A DNA stretch of 64,000 nt from Eledone cirrhosa. Its lineage: Eukaryota. This document shows positions 39,214 through 52,925 of the stretch, one piece after another. Below the pieces are notes generated by a model that was not told where the DNA came from, searched no databases, and saw nothing but the letters and a program-made list of their open reading frames with translations. A program made the position numbers and the translations under genes. The DNA is taken from assembly GCA_964016885.1 (NCBI GenBank), contig OZ024740.1, forward strand, positions 362,390,001 through 362,454,000. The letters run 5' to 3'. How positions within the stretch are numbered: position 1 is the first letter of the stretch; each line of letters starts with the position of its first letter.

Positions 39214-42197
39214 TGGTCACGTTGGACAACATTGTGACGGCTATGATGGAATCCATGAAGGCTATGGGTTTGGTACTAAAAATGAGGAAGGCTCCAGAAT
39301 CCTGGAATTCTGTGACGCAAATAACCTAACTATCTGTAACACTAACTTCAAAAAATGAGACAATCACTTGATCACCTATAGATCAGGGGAGCATGCCAGT
39401 CAGATAGATTATATCCTTACCAGAAGACGTGATAGAGTGTCTGTTGTAAACACTAAATCCCTCCCCCATGAAGAATGCACCTCCCAACATAGACTCGTAG
39501 TCAGTGACCTCATAGTCTGGACAAGATGTACTTGACAACAGAGGAGGATTATCCTCAGGAGAAAAATATGGAAGCTAAAGGACCCCACAGCCAGTAATAA
39601 ATTTAAAAGCATATTACTTGATGCTTTCGACAGTAAGGAAGAGCAATTAGAGTCGTACAATATAGAGGAACAGTGGGAATTCCTGAAAGCTAACACAGAT
39701 GAAGTCTGTGGCTGGAGCAGGCCTATAGGCAGGAGGAGAGTAACGTGGTGGTGGAACAGTAAGGTGGAGGAGTCAATTAAGGCCAAAAAGCAGGCTTGGA
39801 AAGTATGGCAGGATGGGGGTAGTAGAGAAGACTATCAAGTGGCCTGAAGGGAAGCTAGGAGACAAGTGTACTTTGCAAGAAGGGAAGCAGAGGAAAGAAA
39901 GTTCAAGCATGTTCTACAACGCGAGGACCAAAAACGTGAGGTGTTCAGGATTGCTAGGCAATGTGTCAAGGAAACCCATGATATTATCGGGGAGAAGTGT
40001 GTCCTTAATGATGATGGTGTACTTGCCATCACTGACGCTGATAAGAAGGTAGCTTGGAAGTGTCACTATGAAAGGCTACTAAATGAGAAGAATAAATGGG
40101 AGAAAGACAGTCTCCCCCACATCGATCCAATAGAGGGACCGGCAGTGCTAGTTGAAGGTAGTATAATAAGTAAGGCAATCAAAGATATGAAGAAGAGTAA
40201 GGTGGCTGGGCCTTCGGAAATAGTTGCTGAAATGCTGAAAGCATCTCGAACGGTGGGACACACTATGGTCACCCGGATAGTAAACCAAGTCATACAGAAT
40301 GGGGCCGTTCCGAAGGACTGGTGTAGCAGCATCATCATTAACTGCTACAAGGGTAAAGGAGATGCCCTAGATAGGGGTAACTATAGAGGCATTAAATTAA
40401 TCGACCAAGTCATAAAGGTCACAGACAAAGTAATAGCGCAACTAATCAGAGAACGAATTGACCTAGATGAAATGTAGTTCGGGTTTGTGTCAGGTAAAAG
40501 TACCACAGACGCTCTTTTCATTGTACGACAACTACAGGAGAAGTACCTAGCTAAAAGTAAACTCCTATACTTAGCTTTTGTTGACTTGGAGAAAGCCTTT
40601 GACAGAGTCCCCCACTCCATTATCTGGTGGGCTCTTAGAAAACTAGGTGTTGATTAATGGCTTGTGAGAGCTATACAAGCCATGTATAAAGAAACAGTCA
40701 GCAAGGTTAGAATTAACAACGAATATAGTGAAGAGTTTAGCGTAAAAGTTGGTGTTCATCAGGGCTCCGTTCTTAGCCCCCTACTATTTATTATTGCCCT
40801 TCAGGCTATAACAGAGGAGTTCAAGACCAGCTTCCCATGGGAACTCCTATACGCAGATGATCTAACGCTCATAGCTGAATCAATGGCTGAACTAGAAAAG
40901 AAATTCCAAACATGGAAGCATGGCCTAGAATCAAAAGGCCTTAAAGTTAACTTGTCTAAGACTAAAGTTCTAGTTTGTAGGAAGGAAAATAGGGCACCGG
41001 TCCCATCTGGGAAATGTCCATACTCAGTGTGTAGGAAAGGAGTAGGCAGAAACTCCATTTTATGTCCCAAATGCAAAGTATGGGTGCATAAAAGATGTAG
41101 TGGGATCACAGGTAAGCTAACTAAGAATATAAATTTTATATGTGGCCGGTGCTCTGGTGCAATAAGTAGCAACAAGTGCCCACAGAATACTAGCTCATTC
41201 CATTGCACAGATGGTTCTATAGAAATAGTGGACACCTTCCGTTACCTGGGTGTCAAAATCAGCAGTGGGGGAGGGTGCTCTGAAAGTACAGTAGCTAGAG
41301 TCAGAACGGGATGGAAAAAGTTCAGAGAGCTTATACCACTATTGGCCGCTAAAGGGTTATCTCTAAAAATGAAAGGCAGACTGTATGATGCCTGCATACG
41401 AACAGCAATGTTACATGGCAGTGAGTCCTGGGCATTGTGTGCAGAAATATATGCAGACTGGAGAGGAACGAAGCTTGCATGCTCCACTGGATGTGTAATA
41501 GTAATATACGTGAACGGCAAAGCATAAACGAACTAAGGGAGAAATTAGGAATAAGAGGGATCAGATGTTGTTTACTCAAGCGAAGACTACGTTGGTATGG
41601 TCACGTGTCGTGCATGAAAGATGACAGCTGTATAAAAAAGTGCAGGGCGATAAAAATAGACGGTAGCCACGGAGTAGGCAGACCCAGAAAAACCTGGGAC
41701 GACTTGATAAATTCCGACCTCACACACTTACACCTCTCCAAGACAATGTCACTGGACCGAGATCTTTGGCGCTACACAGTAATACAGAAGACCCGCCTTG
41801 CCTAAGTACAAAGCGAAACCTACAGTCAGTAAGCACCTCTTACCAAAATACACCCCCGTACCACTACCCCCCACCCCATCCATACCACCCCTTTCGATGT
41901 AAAGTTATGTTGGTACCACAACATCCAGTCCTAAACAAATGAGGTCGTGTAGGTGTCACGACAAAAAAACACACAGTCCATGCTGTAATGTGACCGTGTA
42001 GGTAACACGGTAAAAACTTCCCAGTCCACACTGTAAACGTGGTTGGTGTTAGGAAGGGCATCCAGCCGTAGAAAACCCGCCAGGCAGTCCTATACGAGCA
42101 GGACAACCAGTCTTGCCTCAAGTGGGAAAAATCCCGTCCAAACCCATGCAAGCGTGGAAGATGGACATTAAACGATGATGATGATGATGATGATGAT
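39214..42197 (+). mobile_element. RTE-clade LINE, 5'-truncated, multiple stops and frameshifts
   Basis: Close paralogue of 20647-23576; RT motifs, PHD-like finger, (GAT)n tail. Confidence 0.95.
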
Positions 42198-42680
42198 ATA
42201 TACCAAGCTGGTTGACATTAGCAAAAAACAATATTAGTTTCCAAAAACAAAGAAACAAACTTGGCAAAAGACTTCCACCCTATTGCATGCCAGAACCTAA
42301 TGTATAAAATGTATACAGCCTGTCTATACCTAATTCTCTGGGATCATAGAGACAATAACATCATCACAGATGAACAAGCAGGTGGGAATAAAAAAAAATT
42401 TAGGGGTGTGTTCAGCAACTCCTGATTAATAAAATCACAATGTCAGAGATGCAGTGACATATGAGAAACATGATTATGGTCAGCATTTGATTCTTTTCCC
42501 TACTCTTGGATGCTGAAGTCCCTTTGACTCAGATATCATTATCAGAGCCATAGAGAAGCTATCTTCTCCCTGGGCTACTCTCTTGAAGTTAAATACAGAG
42601 AAGGAGGACTATATTGTCACCGATAAAATAGAACATCAAGGAGAGTCTTTCTATGATGCTCTTTATACTGTCATGCTAAT
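42198..42680 (+). mobile_element. R4/Dong-like non-LTR RT relic
   Basis: Across frames: IPSWLTLA..., KDFHPIACQNLMYKMYTAC, IITDEQAG, GCVQQLLINK, AFDSFPYSWML. Confidence 0.6.
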
Positions 42681-44689
42681 TATCTCTCAATTAACACTTT
42701 TTTTACTATATTTTTAATTTTTTTACTATATTTTTAATTTTTCATTTGGAAAAAATCAACAATTTGCAGTGATTTGGAAATAAGATATGGAAGATAATTG
42801 AACAATGGTTCTTACATAAGATTATGATGGAAGGTTTCTAAATAGATATAAACACATGAAACCCATTTATTACTATATATCTAATGAAAGACACTGTCAC
42901 TGATTTTCAGATCATTTGGAAAATAATCATGAATATGAAAGAATTTAGTATTATGATTAACTTTCTCACTTTTAAGCTGGTATTTGGAGCATAATTTAAT
43001 AAATCTTCTTATATAAAATTAGAGAAAGTTTTTAGATAAATATAAACAATTTAAATTAATCAGTTATGTATCATAGAAACATGGAAAAAAGCACGTAAAA
43101 TTTACAATGATAAAACAGGTCCATCTTCAGGCTAATATTTTATAGCTAAATTCTGAGCAAGCAATGGCTAAATACTAACAGCAAAAAATAAATAAATAAA
43201 CAAACAAACAAAACATAACAAAAAACAATAATACAAACCTTTCTGATTGTTTTCCAATAACTGAGCTATGAGATAAACTTGCTTGTAAGCAAAATTATAT
43301 CCATTTGGGAATAAAGCATCTATCTACTTTGTTGGCGAAATAAACTTCAATTAGATGTGTCGTGAGAGTTTTATCTAAATTACATATTGCAGTGAAACAC
43401 TTGATACTGAAATCAATCTTTGCCATTTAACCGGAAAGCAATTTCCTGATACATATTCATTTGTTATGTTTGCTAATAAGATAGAATCATTTCAGATGAA
43501 GTTCTGTCAATGTATAGAGAGATTGCTTGATGTGTACAAGCTTTCTATAGGTCTGTCATATTAATATTGACTATTTGCAGTTTACCAAAAATTAATTATG
43601 CTAATTTAGCATAAATATATATATTTTATTTTTTTCACCAATCATAAGATCAGACGAAGAAAACTATGTTTCCATTAGTCTTTCCATTGCTGATATGATC
43701 TGCTGGTCACATCTCCTGGTTGAAGAAAGAAGCTAATCATTAGATCAGATGAAGAAAACCATCTTTCCACTAGTGATACTATCTGTCAATCACAACTCTT
43801 GACAGAAGAAAGATGCTGATCATCAAATTGAATCAAGAAAACTGTTAGCATTTGTCTTTCCCTAGCTGATATTATCTGCTGGTCACAAGTCCTGATAAAT
43901 GCATCAAACATTTCTCATTGACAGAAGGTGGAAAATTTGAAATCAAATGCACATAGCCAGAACAGTTACTGCAAAGCATCCCATCTAATTAATTTGAATT
44001 ATATATATATCATACATATATGACCTGATATATATTTATTTATTCATATAACATATAAATAAAATATTTAAAATATCACATTGATCTTTAATATTTGGTG
44101 GTTGTTTCTAATCAAACTTTGGAATTTCCACAGGGTCAGCTAGTTTTTATTATTGTTATTTTCCTGTTGGGTTGACGCTTCAATGTTTTACTTCAATTAT
44201 ATCAGTAAAGCTTTAAGAAACATCTCAGATATGTTCAATCTCAATTTAATTATTTAAATTTGTTTATCTCAGTCCTATTCGTTGAAATCAATGAGACTGT
44301 ATGCTCTGCAGCTAGCCAAATCAACAAAATAGAATTATATATATATGTGAAATGAGATAAAGATAAACTCTAATAATTTAAACCAAAGATATTAGTTACT
44401 ATTCAAAAGTAATCCTCCAATTGCTATAATGTGCTTATCTCTTCTGAATCAAATTCTTTTTTAATATATATCTAATAGGTATCAGATATATATAAGAAAT
44501 AGAATACAAATATTCTGTTTCTGAAATATGTCATTAATCAAAGTATTTTATATATCATTTATATATCATTTATATTGAAAGGACTTTAACATATTTTAAG
44601 CTACTACAATGTAGGTTTAAATGTAAAATAATCAAACAAGGCATAAGTAGTATTCCTACCTGGTATAAAGTATAACTGCATCTCATCTA

Positions 44690-45705
44690 GCTTGATTCTA
44701 TTCCTAATTAGTTGTGTTATAACCCTTTCAGTAACTTTCATGACTTGGTCCATCACCTTGATACCTCGTTAGTTACCTCTCTCTCCAGTGCAGTCTCTGC
44801 TCTTGTAGCAATTTACATTGACACTGTTATATTAGTCATTCTGTTCTACTTGATTAATTATGCATCTGATCAGCTCATAACAAATCATGCTAGATGTTTC
44901 AGCATTTTAGTAATTATGCCAGATGGTACACCTATATTCATATCCTTAATCACTTTGTCTATCACACAGCTGTCAATTTTTATGACTGGTCCCTTGATTG
45001 GATCTACATGGGCTAGGCCCTTACTGTTCTATTTACTCTCTTCTTTCAACAGTATCTCATACTGAGACTTCCATGCCTCTTTCTCTTTGACAATTGTCAG
45101 AGAAAGTGTTCCACTGTTATTTTGGACAAGTGCTTCACTATCATTTACCCCAATTTTCTCTAACATACTCTCCTGCAATCCAAAACACTTCACATTTCTA
45201 ACTCTCATGATGTAGAACATGTGCACATTCTTTTCAGGTTCTCCCTTTGCGAAGTATACCTGGTGCCTAATCTCTTTTCTGGTTATTTGATATTGTACTC
45301 TATTTACCCCTTCCACCTGTATTTTTGCTTTCATGGCTCTATCTACCCTAACATCCTACCAATATGTCATTTTCCATTTTGGTTGCACTTTCCTTCAACT
45401 GCAGATTTGGTCTGTAGTGTTCAGCAAATTATCTTGTAGGAATTCACATTTTTTCTCTATGCTATAGGTCGCCACCTCCTCTCCCTTACTGTCATAGGCA
45501 TCAAGTAGGATTTCTTTGAATTTGTTGCAAGAAGAGCATTGTTTCATTTTCCATGTCCTTCTCTTTCACATTAGCTGTTGTCTCTGAGTTCATCTGACCT
45601 TTTCTCTAAGGTCACTGATAATTAACTTGTGTTGGAAGGTACATTCTTCTTTAAGGAAGGAGGAAGGACTTGGCATTTATGACCATTTGTCTATTACATA
45701 TCCAT
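44690..45705 (-). mobile_element. Old RTE LINE relic (endonuclease-RT linker)
   Basis: RKEIRHQVYFAKGE, KEKEAWKSQYEILLKEE, AHVDPIKGPV homologous to the 21156-21800 region. Confidence 0.75.
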
Positions 45706-46339
45706 CTTTTCAAAATTCAAATTTATTTTAGTCTTGAAATTTGGAAATATAGTCACCACAATGCAGATAAATATATTAATATTTGATCCCCTTTTTCCAT
45801 CTCGAGGGATACTTTATCCGATTTATTCAGCTATTATAGTTATCAACTATTTATATAGTTATTTGCATTGTGGTGACTATTTTCAAATTTCTCAACACAC
45901 AAACTTGTTTACATATATTCATTATTTAAAATTTAGTATGTAACAATAGATATTACTCAGTTCTGGCATTACTTGATTAAAACAAAAAAAAAACAAAAAA
46001 AAAAAACATTGGAAATGCTCTTTTCTACTTGTTCAGTTCTGCAACTTGTTATATTAATAATGTATTTGTATTCAGGAAACTAGTGAATACAAATACACTA
46101 GTGAAACTTTCACTGTATATAAACTTTAAAATTCAATTATAAACTGTTGCTGATTCTGTAATTACTTTAGCTTGATGCACCTACTGAGAATAGAAAGTTC
46201 AAATAGAGTCTTTATTTCTAAAGTATTATTCACATGTATAGAACAGTGCACCACTACACCCATCTAATGAACACACATTGTCACATTGTGTACCATACAC
46301 ACACACACATATATATATATACATATAAATGCATACATA

Positions 46340-46760
46340 CAAACGTCTGGCAACTGACTTGGTAAACACCCACAAAATTATTAACCATCTTGCCAACAAC
46401 AACCTTGAGTACCTTTTTGAATTCCATGTATCTAAAACTCATGGGCATGCCAACAAAGTCAGAAAACAGCACAGAGTACAATATCAAATAACCTGTGACT
46501 TTCGGAAACATTTTTTCACGTTCAGAGTTGCTGAAGCGTGGAACAAACTACCTGCATCAGTTGTTAGCTGCCGAGACACTGCATCCTTTAAAACCTCCAG
46601 GCTTCTTGAAATTCGCTAACACTACACCTGATACGCACACACGTATATCATGACTCATACACTGTTCACTTTCCTGACATTTGTACATTATTCTATGTAT
46701 TATACATGCACGTTTGATGCGTTGTAGTACACTGGACACAATAATTTCATTATTATTATA
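46340..46760 (+). mobile_element. CR1-like LINE 3' end
   Basis: RLATDLVNTHKII...HGHANKV...FRKHFFTFRVAEAWNKLPASVV...FK. Confidence 0.75.
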
Positions 46761-46869
46761 TATATATATACATATATATATACATATATATAAATGTAAG
46801 TATGCACATGCACACAAATATATATATACACCGATATATATATATATATACATACACACACATATATAC

Positions 46870-47210
46870 ATATACATATGGGTTATATCGAACATTAATA
46901 ATAATGCTCAATTTGTTTGTAAACAAGTGGCCCGATTTGAAGCTGTGCCGTGCTGGTGACCGATCGTCACCTGCTTGTTCAACACTGGCTTTGAGGAACA
47001 ATCAGCATGTTTCTGGGTCATTACTCTTCAGCAGGACTGTATACCTCTGCCAGTCTGTTAAACAGTTGAAAATATATAGTATTTTCTTAAGTACATATCG
47101 GCTGAGTAGCCTCATTTGCATACCGAGTGAGTTACGACTGGCCTTGCTGAGTATTAAAAATGAAATTAGAATTTTATTTCTCACTCTAGCATAGCTGATA
47201 CATAGATGTA
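46870..47210 (-). mobile_element. Hammerhead-bearing mini-element (pLTR-like), mutated motif at 46998-47040
   Basis: Minus: acagtc CTGCTGA agagtaatgaccca GAAA catg CT gattgt; same family as 47590-47740 and 55320-55820. Confidence 0.6.
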
Positions 47211-47239
47211 AGTAAGCACATGTACACACATATATATAT

Positions 47240-47525
47240 ATTCATTTCATTTTCATTTCATTTCATTTTTTACGTCAGCTTTTTCCCTGCTTGCAAGGGT
47301 GGGACGGGAACTGATTTTGGCTTGATTTCTACAGCTGGATGCCCTTCTTAACACCAACCTCATTTACAGTGAGTGCTGGGTGTTTTTTTTCCGTGGCACC
47401 TCCACAACCACTTTGCAGTGGAATGATATGGACCCCAGTCCCTATCATCTCATTTCTACAGCTGAGTAAACTGGAGCAATGTGAAATAAAGTGTCTTGCT
47501 CAAGGAAACAACACATCACCCGGTC
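47240..47525 (-). mobile_element. SINE family A, head-truncated
   Basis: Matches 14715-14975. Confidence 0.85.
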
Positions 47526-47697
47526 ATATATACATATATATATATAGATACATATATATATACATACACACACATATATACATATGTACATATGGGTTAT
47601 ATTGAACATTAATAATAATGCTCGATTCATTTGTAAACAAACGGCCCGATTTGAAGCTGTGCCGTGCTGGTGACGTTCAACAGTCTGGCAAAGGTAT

Positions 47698-47740
47698 ACA
47701 GTCCTGATGAAGGGTAATGACCCAGAAACATGTTGTTTGT
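47698..47740 (+). ncRNA. Minimal type I hammerhead motif
   Basis: acagtc CTGATGA a-gggt-aatg-accc-a GAAA catg TT gtttgt (palindrome AACATGTT). Confidence 0.65.
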
Positions 47741-48417
47741 GTTTCTCTCACGTTTTCTAAATAACATTTATTGGTACTCACACAGCGCCATATTTTAATT
47801 CATATTAATTTAATGCTGTGACCTCTGATTCCTTCTCTCCCCCACTATCTATCTTTGTTCTCCCTTCTCCATCTCTCTCTTGCTTGATGTTGTTAATACA
47901 GCTTTAGAACGTAAGTTCAGCCACTTTGTATTAACTCTTCTCCTTTTTCCCTTACTATCTATCTCCTTTCTTCCCACTCTCTCTGTTCTCTTACTACTTT
48001 TCCACTCCTACCCTCTTGCGTTTTCCTTCGTTTCTTTCTTTCAACACCCGTTGCCGCTATGACCAGACGTTTTTTTCTCTCTCTCCCTCTTGTTGTTAAT
48101 ACGGTTTCAGAACTTATGTTCGGCCCTAGTATTAACTTTCCTTTTCCCTTGGTTACTACCAAACTTTCATGTACTGCTGCCTTCGTCTTTTCCCCTTTCT
48201 CTATCAATATGACTTTCTTTCTTTCTTTTTTTTTTTGTTGTTCTCTTCATTATTATCTGTTGTATTTCTTCCCGGATAGCTATTTTAGCTATTAACACAC
48301 TGTAGTGAGATGTGCTGTCTTTAATGTGTATGAAATATCAGTGATCCACAGACAACAGCCAATAACTGGGAATTGCCCTTGTCTTTGTATTTCTCTCACG
48401 TTTTCTAAATAATATAT

Positions 48418-48747
48418 ATAACTCCCACCAACACCACCCTCTCTCTGTAAAGTTGGTACCACAACATCTAGCCCAAATAAATGAGATAATGAGATCGAAA
48501 TCGAGATCGTGTAGGTGTCACGACAAAAAAAACAAAACACACAGTTCACGCTGTAAAAGGTTCCCAGTTCCACACTGTAAATGTGGTTGGTATTAGGAAG
48601 GGCATCCAGCCGTAGAAAACCTGCCAGATAGTCCTATATGAGCGAGACACGGTCACCTGACCAAAATTGCCTCAAGTGGGACAACTCCCGTCTAACCCAT
48701 GCTAGCGTGGAAGATTGACGTTAAACGATGATGATGATGATGATGAT
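48418..48747 (+). mobile_element. RTE LINE 3' UTR fragment
   Basis: Matches 41880-42197; (GAT)n tail. Confidence 0.85.
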
Positions 48748-48864
48748 ATATGTTAAGTATTTCCAAAGAAAAAGCAAAGGAAAAAAGAGTGCTTTATGTA
48801 TAGAACAGAGCTATTTAATTAAAAAATGAACAACACAATATATAACTACTCCATTGGTTAACCC

Positions 48865-48932
48865 CTCTGTCTGATGAACAAACTAGATGTATGTTAATAC
48901 TGTCGAGGGTCCTGAAACCTTTGGTAATGGAG
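48865..48932 (+). ncRNA. Hammerhead motif (weak stem II) in fold-back 48750-48960
   Basis: ctctgt CTGATGA ... GAAA cc-ttt-gg TA atggag. Confidence 0.55.
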
Positions 48933-49194
48933 TAGTTATATATTGTGTTGTTCACTTTCTTATATATATGTGCATGTGTGTATATGTGCGTGTGTGTATT
49001 ATTGCTACACATCTTACAAATTCCAGAAAGATTTAAGACGAAATTACTTCTGGTACGAAAGACATTCATCACCAAATCTAAATATAACTAAATATTGTCT
49101 TTTAGTAATTTGTTGATCTGACATTTTTGCCAGCTTACCTGTATTAAAATATCAAATTTATCAGTTATACTTTAACAGTACTGTGACTCAGTTT

Positions 49195-49580
49195 TGTTGT
49201 CGGTAGAAGGGCGGACGCCATGCTTTGACACATAGAGTTACACCCCTTGCCATTCTGTGTTCAAATCCCGCTGAGATTAACTTTGCCTTTCATCCTTACG
49301 GGGTCGATAAAATAAAGTACCAGTAATGCACTGGGTAATTGCTGGCCTTGTGCCAAAAGTAGAAACAATTATTATTAATGTTGTGGATTGGGTGTGGATT
49401 GACAGTATCAGTCGAGCGTCAGACACCATGCTTTGCAGCATAGAGTTATGGCCCTTTATGTTCTGAGTTCAAATCACGCCGAGGTTAACTTTACCTTTCA
49501 TCCTTACAGGGTCGATAAAATAAAGTACCAGTAATACACTGGGGTAATTGCTGGCCTTGTGCCAAAAGTAGAAACAATTA
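49195..49580 (+). mobile_element. Two tandem SINE family B copies
   Basis: Each ends ...ggccttgtgccaaaagtagaaacaatt. Confidence 0.85.
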
Positions 49581-49984
49581 TTATTATTGTTGTTTGTTGA
49601 AATAACAATTGTGTAAATCTTTATTATGGAGTTAACTGTTTATTACAAATATCGATTACTGATTGATACAAACAATCTTGGCCAGGTTTTTCGTATATTC
49701 TACTGACCAATATCAGTGATAATATTGTTCAAATGTTAGCCTGAACAGCATAAAACCTCGTAAAATACCTGCCTACAATAAAACAGGCAATAAAAATAAG
49801 TCAACAACATTCATGATGATGTGACTGTGAGGAGTTGGAAATAGATTAAATGTTGATCATTGGAACTTTCTTGTCCCAAATGAACTGCAGGCCCTGTTTA
49901 TGTTTTTTTTAGAAAATATGATAAATAAATTGAAACTTGATTATAGTAGTGTCTTTAACAGCACATACATACAGGAAAGATGAT

Positions 49985-50328
49985 ATCATCATCATCATCA
50001 TTATTTTACGTCTGCTTTTCCCTGCTTGCAAGGGTGGGATGGGAACTGATTCTGGCTTGATTTCTACAGCTGGATGCCTTTCCTAACATCAACCTCATTT
50101 ACAGTGAGTGCTGGGTGCTTTTTTTCCGTGGCGCCTACACGTCCACTTTACAGTGTGGACTGGGTGCTTTTTTTTGCTGTGGCACCTCCACGACCACTTT
50201 GCAGTGGAATGATAAGGACCCCAGTCCTATCATCTCATTTCTACAGCTGAGTAAACTGGAGCAATGTGAAATAAGGTGTCTTGCTCAAGGAAACAACACA
50301 TCACTCGGTCTGAGAATTGAACTCACAA
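49985..50328 (-). mobile_element. SINE family A with an extra RTE tail unit
   Basis: Contains an additional ccgtggcgcctacacgtccactttacagtgtgg block, as in the LINE 3' UTR at 8455-8495. Confidence 0.85.
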
Positions 50329-50421
50329 TATATATATATATATAATGAAGCGGGTGTTGTAAGAAACCAGATAGACCTTAATGCACCAGAGTACTCGATA
50401 TTTAGGGTAGTAGAGTGAGTA

Positions 50422-50545
50422 ATAGGAAAAGAGTCAGGTCACCGACGGCTGAGCTCCGGCCATTTCGACAGCTAGATCCGAACTGTCGGATTTAGCTGTC
50501 GAAATTGCCGGAGCTCAGCTGTCGGGGTCCCGACTCTTTTCTTAT
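50422..50545. repeat. GC-rich hairpin, 60-bp arms, 4-nt loop
   Basis: 53/60 Watson-Crick matches by eye; loop actg at 50482-50485. Confidence 0.85.
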
Positions 50546-50919
50546 CATCATCATCATTGTTTAATGTCTATCTTCCAGGCTATATATATATATATATATA
50601 TATAATTACACTTGAAGCAAATTATTCATTAAAGTATTACCAAATATGTTTTTACATTAAATATTGATTTACAATCGTTTTGTCCTTTATTGAGACTTAT
50701 CAAAATCAATCATTTATGAGCAAATATCTCAACATATTGTCTCACCATACAGACCAACATTTCACAATCAAAACATGTGTTTACATTTATTAAGACGCAC
50801 TATTTTAACAGCCATTTGTACTGGTTATTATAATAAATTACCGTACTTTGAGCTGTTTTAACTTCTCCACCTATTTCTTTACAGTTGTTATATTGTTTTA
50901 AAAAAAAAAACAATATTAA

Positions 50920-50953
<34 letters not shown>

Positions 50954-50994
50954 ATCATCATCATCATTGTACTTCTGCTTTCCATGGTGGCATA

Positions 50995-52602
50995 TCATCA
51001 TCATCAACATCATCACCGTTTAACGTCCATTTTTCCACACTAGTGTGGGTTAGACGAGCTGTTCCATTGTGTCACAAGTCAGATCAGATGACTGTCTTGC
51101 TCATACAGAACTGATTTAGGCTTGGTTTCTACAGCTGGATGCTCTGCCTAACACCAACCACCACAGTGTTTTTCATTATGACATCTACACTGGGGGTTTT
51201 TCATTATGACATCTAGAAGATCACTTTACAGTGTGGACTGAGTTTTGGGGTGGGGAAGGTGCATGGAAAGGGGAGAAGTAAATCTAGGTGAGAGGTAGGG
51301 GTAGAGATATGTGGCTAGAAATGTGGGTGATGTGTTAGGACAGGGGAGGGAAAGGTAGGAGAAAGTGGTGTATACTGAATGTATGCTTCAACCTGTGCAT
51401 ATGGGAAGGTGGGTCTTCATTTCTTTCCAATCTTCACAGGTCCTCTGCACAGAGAGGCCAAGTCTCACGACCATGCAACATGGCTGCTCGTATACACACA
51501 TCATTCAATCTGCTCTTCATTTTGAAGGAAAAATCATTTGTAGCCAGCAACAGTAGTTACTCCTTAAACTTTTTCCATCTTGTCCTCACTCTGGCTACTG
51601 TACATACCAAATAGCCACCTCCACTACTGATTTGGTCACCCGGGTAACAGAATCTATCAACTACTTCTATGGAACTTTTGGAGAATTTGATAGCACTTGT
51701 TTCTTATAAGCGTTTATTACTTACTGCTCCTGTCCAATGGCCACATGTAAAACCTACCTTCTTAGCTAACTTACCTTGAATCCTGCTACATTTCTTGTGC
51801 CCCCATAGTTTGCATTTGGAACAGAGGATGGAATTTCTACCTACCCCTTTCCTACACACTGATCAGGGCCATTTCGTAGAAAGGATCAGGACCTTGTTTT
51901 CCTTAATGCTAACTTGGACCTTGGTTTTTCCCAAGTTGACTTTAAGACCTTTTGATTCCAGTTTATGCTTCCTGGTCAGGAATTTTTACTCTAGTTCTGA
52001 CATGGATTTAGCTATAAGAGTTAGGTCATCAGTATACAAAATATCCTGTTTTAAGCTCTTTTGTTATAGCCTGGAGGATAACAATAAACATGAGAGGACT
52101 AAGGATGGAGCCTTGGTGGCCCCCAACTTGCACACTATAGTCATTATTGATTTAAACCTTGGAGACAGTACCTCTGTACATGGCTTGTATCACCCTCACA
52201 AGCCACATTTCTACCTCTAGTTTCCTAAGTGCCCACCAAATTACAGAATGGAGTACCCTGTCAAAAGCTTTGACAGAGGGGTTTGCTTTTAGCAAGGTAC
52301 TTCTCCTGCAGTTGCCTCACAAAGAAGAGGGCATCCGGGGTACTTCTTCGTAGGACAAATTCAAACTACACCTCATCTAGGTTAATTTGATCCCTAATCA
52401 GTTGTACTATGACTCTTTCTGTAACATTCATGATCTGGTCCATCAGTTTTGTACCTCAGTAGTTCCCCCTGTCTAGGATATCGCCCTTGCCCTTGTAGCA
52501 CCTAACGATGTTGCTGCTATGCCAGTCATTAGGTATGGCACCATTTTGGTTTACAATATGGGTGGTTATGGTGTGTCCTACCATCCCAAATGCTTTCAGG
52601 AT
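50995..52602 (-). mobile_element. Old RTE LINE relic (RT to 3' tail)
   Basis: Degenerate reverse complement of the RT/PHD region (CRKGVGRNSILCSKCKLWGHKKCS) and tail. Confidence 0.8.
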
Positions 52603-52925
52603 ATATATTGTTATATTTGGGGAGGGTCATATTGTTATAATATAGCCAGAAATATATAATAAAACACACTCACTGTTTGGTTTGGGTTGGTTTTCGCTGA
52701 TGATGTCACATGTGTGTGACAAAAGAACTTTGAGAAACTATATATATATATGTTTATAGCTGTATTTTTAACTGTTGGTCAATCAATTGTTGGTCAATGA
52801 TAAACATTGATTGCCAGCTAAATTAACTATAGGGATATAAAATATACGGAAGTGAAAACCAACCCAAACTAAACAGTGAGTGTGTTTTACTATATATTTC
52901 TGGCAAGATCCTCCCCAAATATAAT
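52603..52925. mobile_element. Non-autonomous DNA-transposon-like repeat with long inverted ends
   Basis: ttatatttggggagg...aaaacacactcactgtttggtttgggttggttttc / gaaaaccaacccaaactaaacagtgagtgtgtttt...cctccccaaatataa; relatives at 6265-6470, 53845-53890, 54950-55240. Confidence 0.6.
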
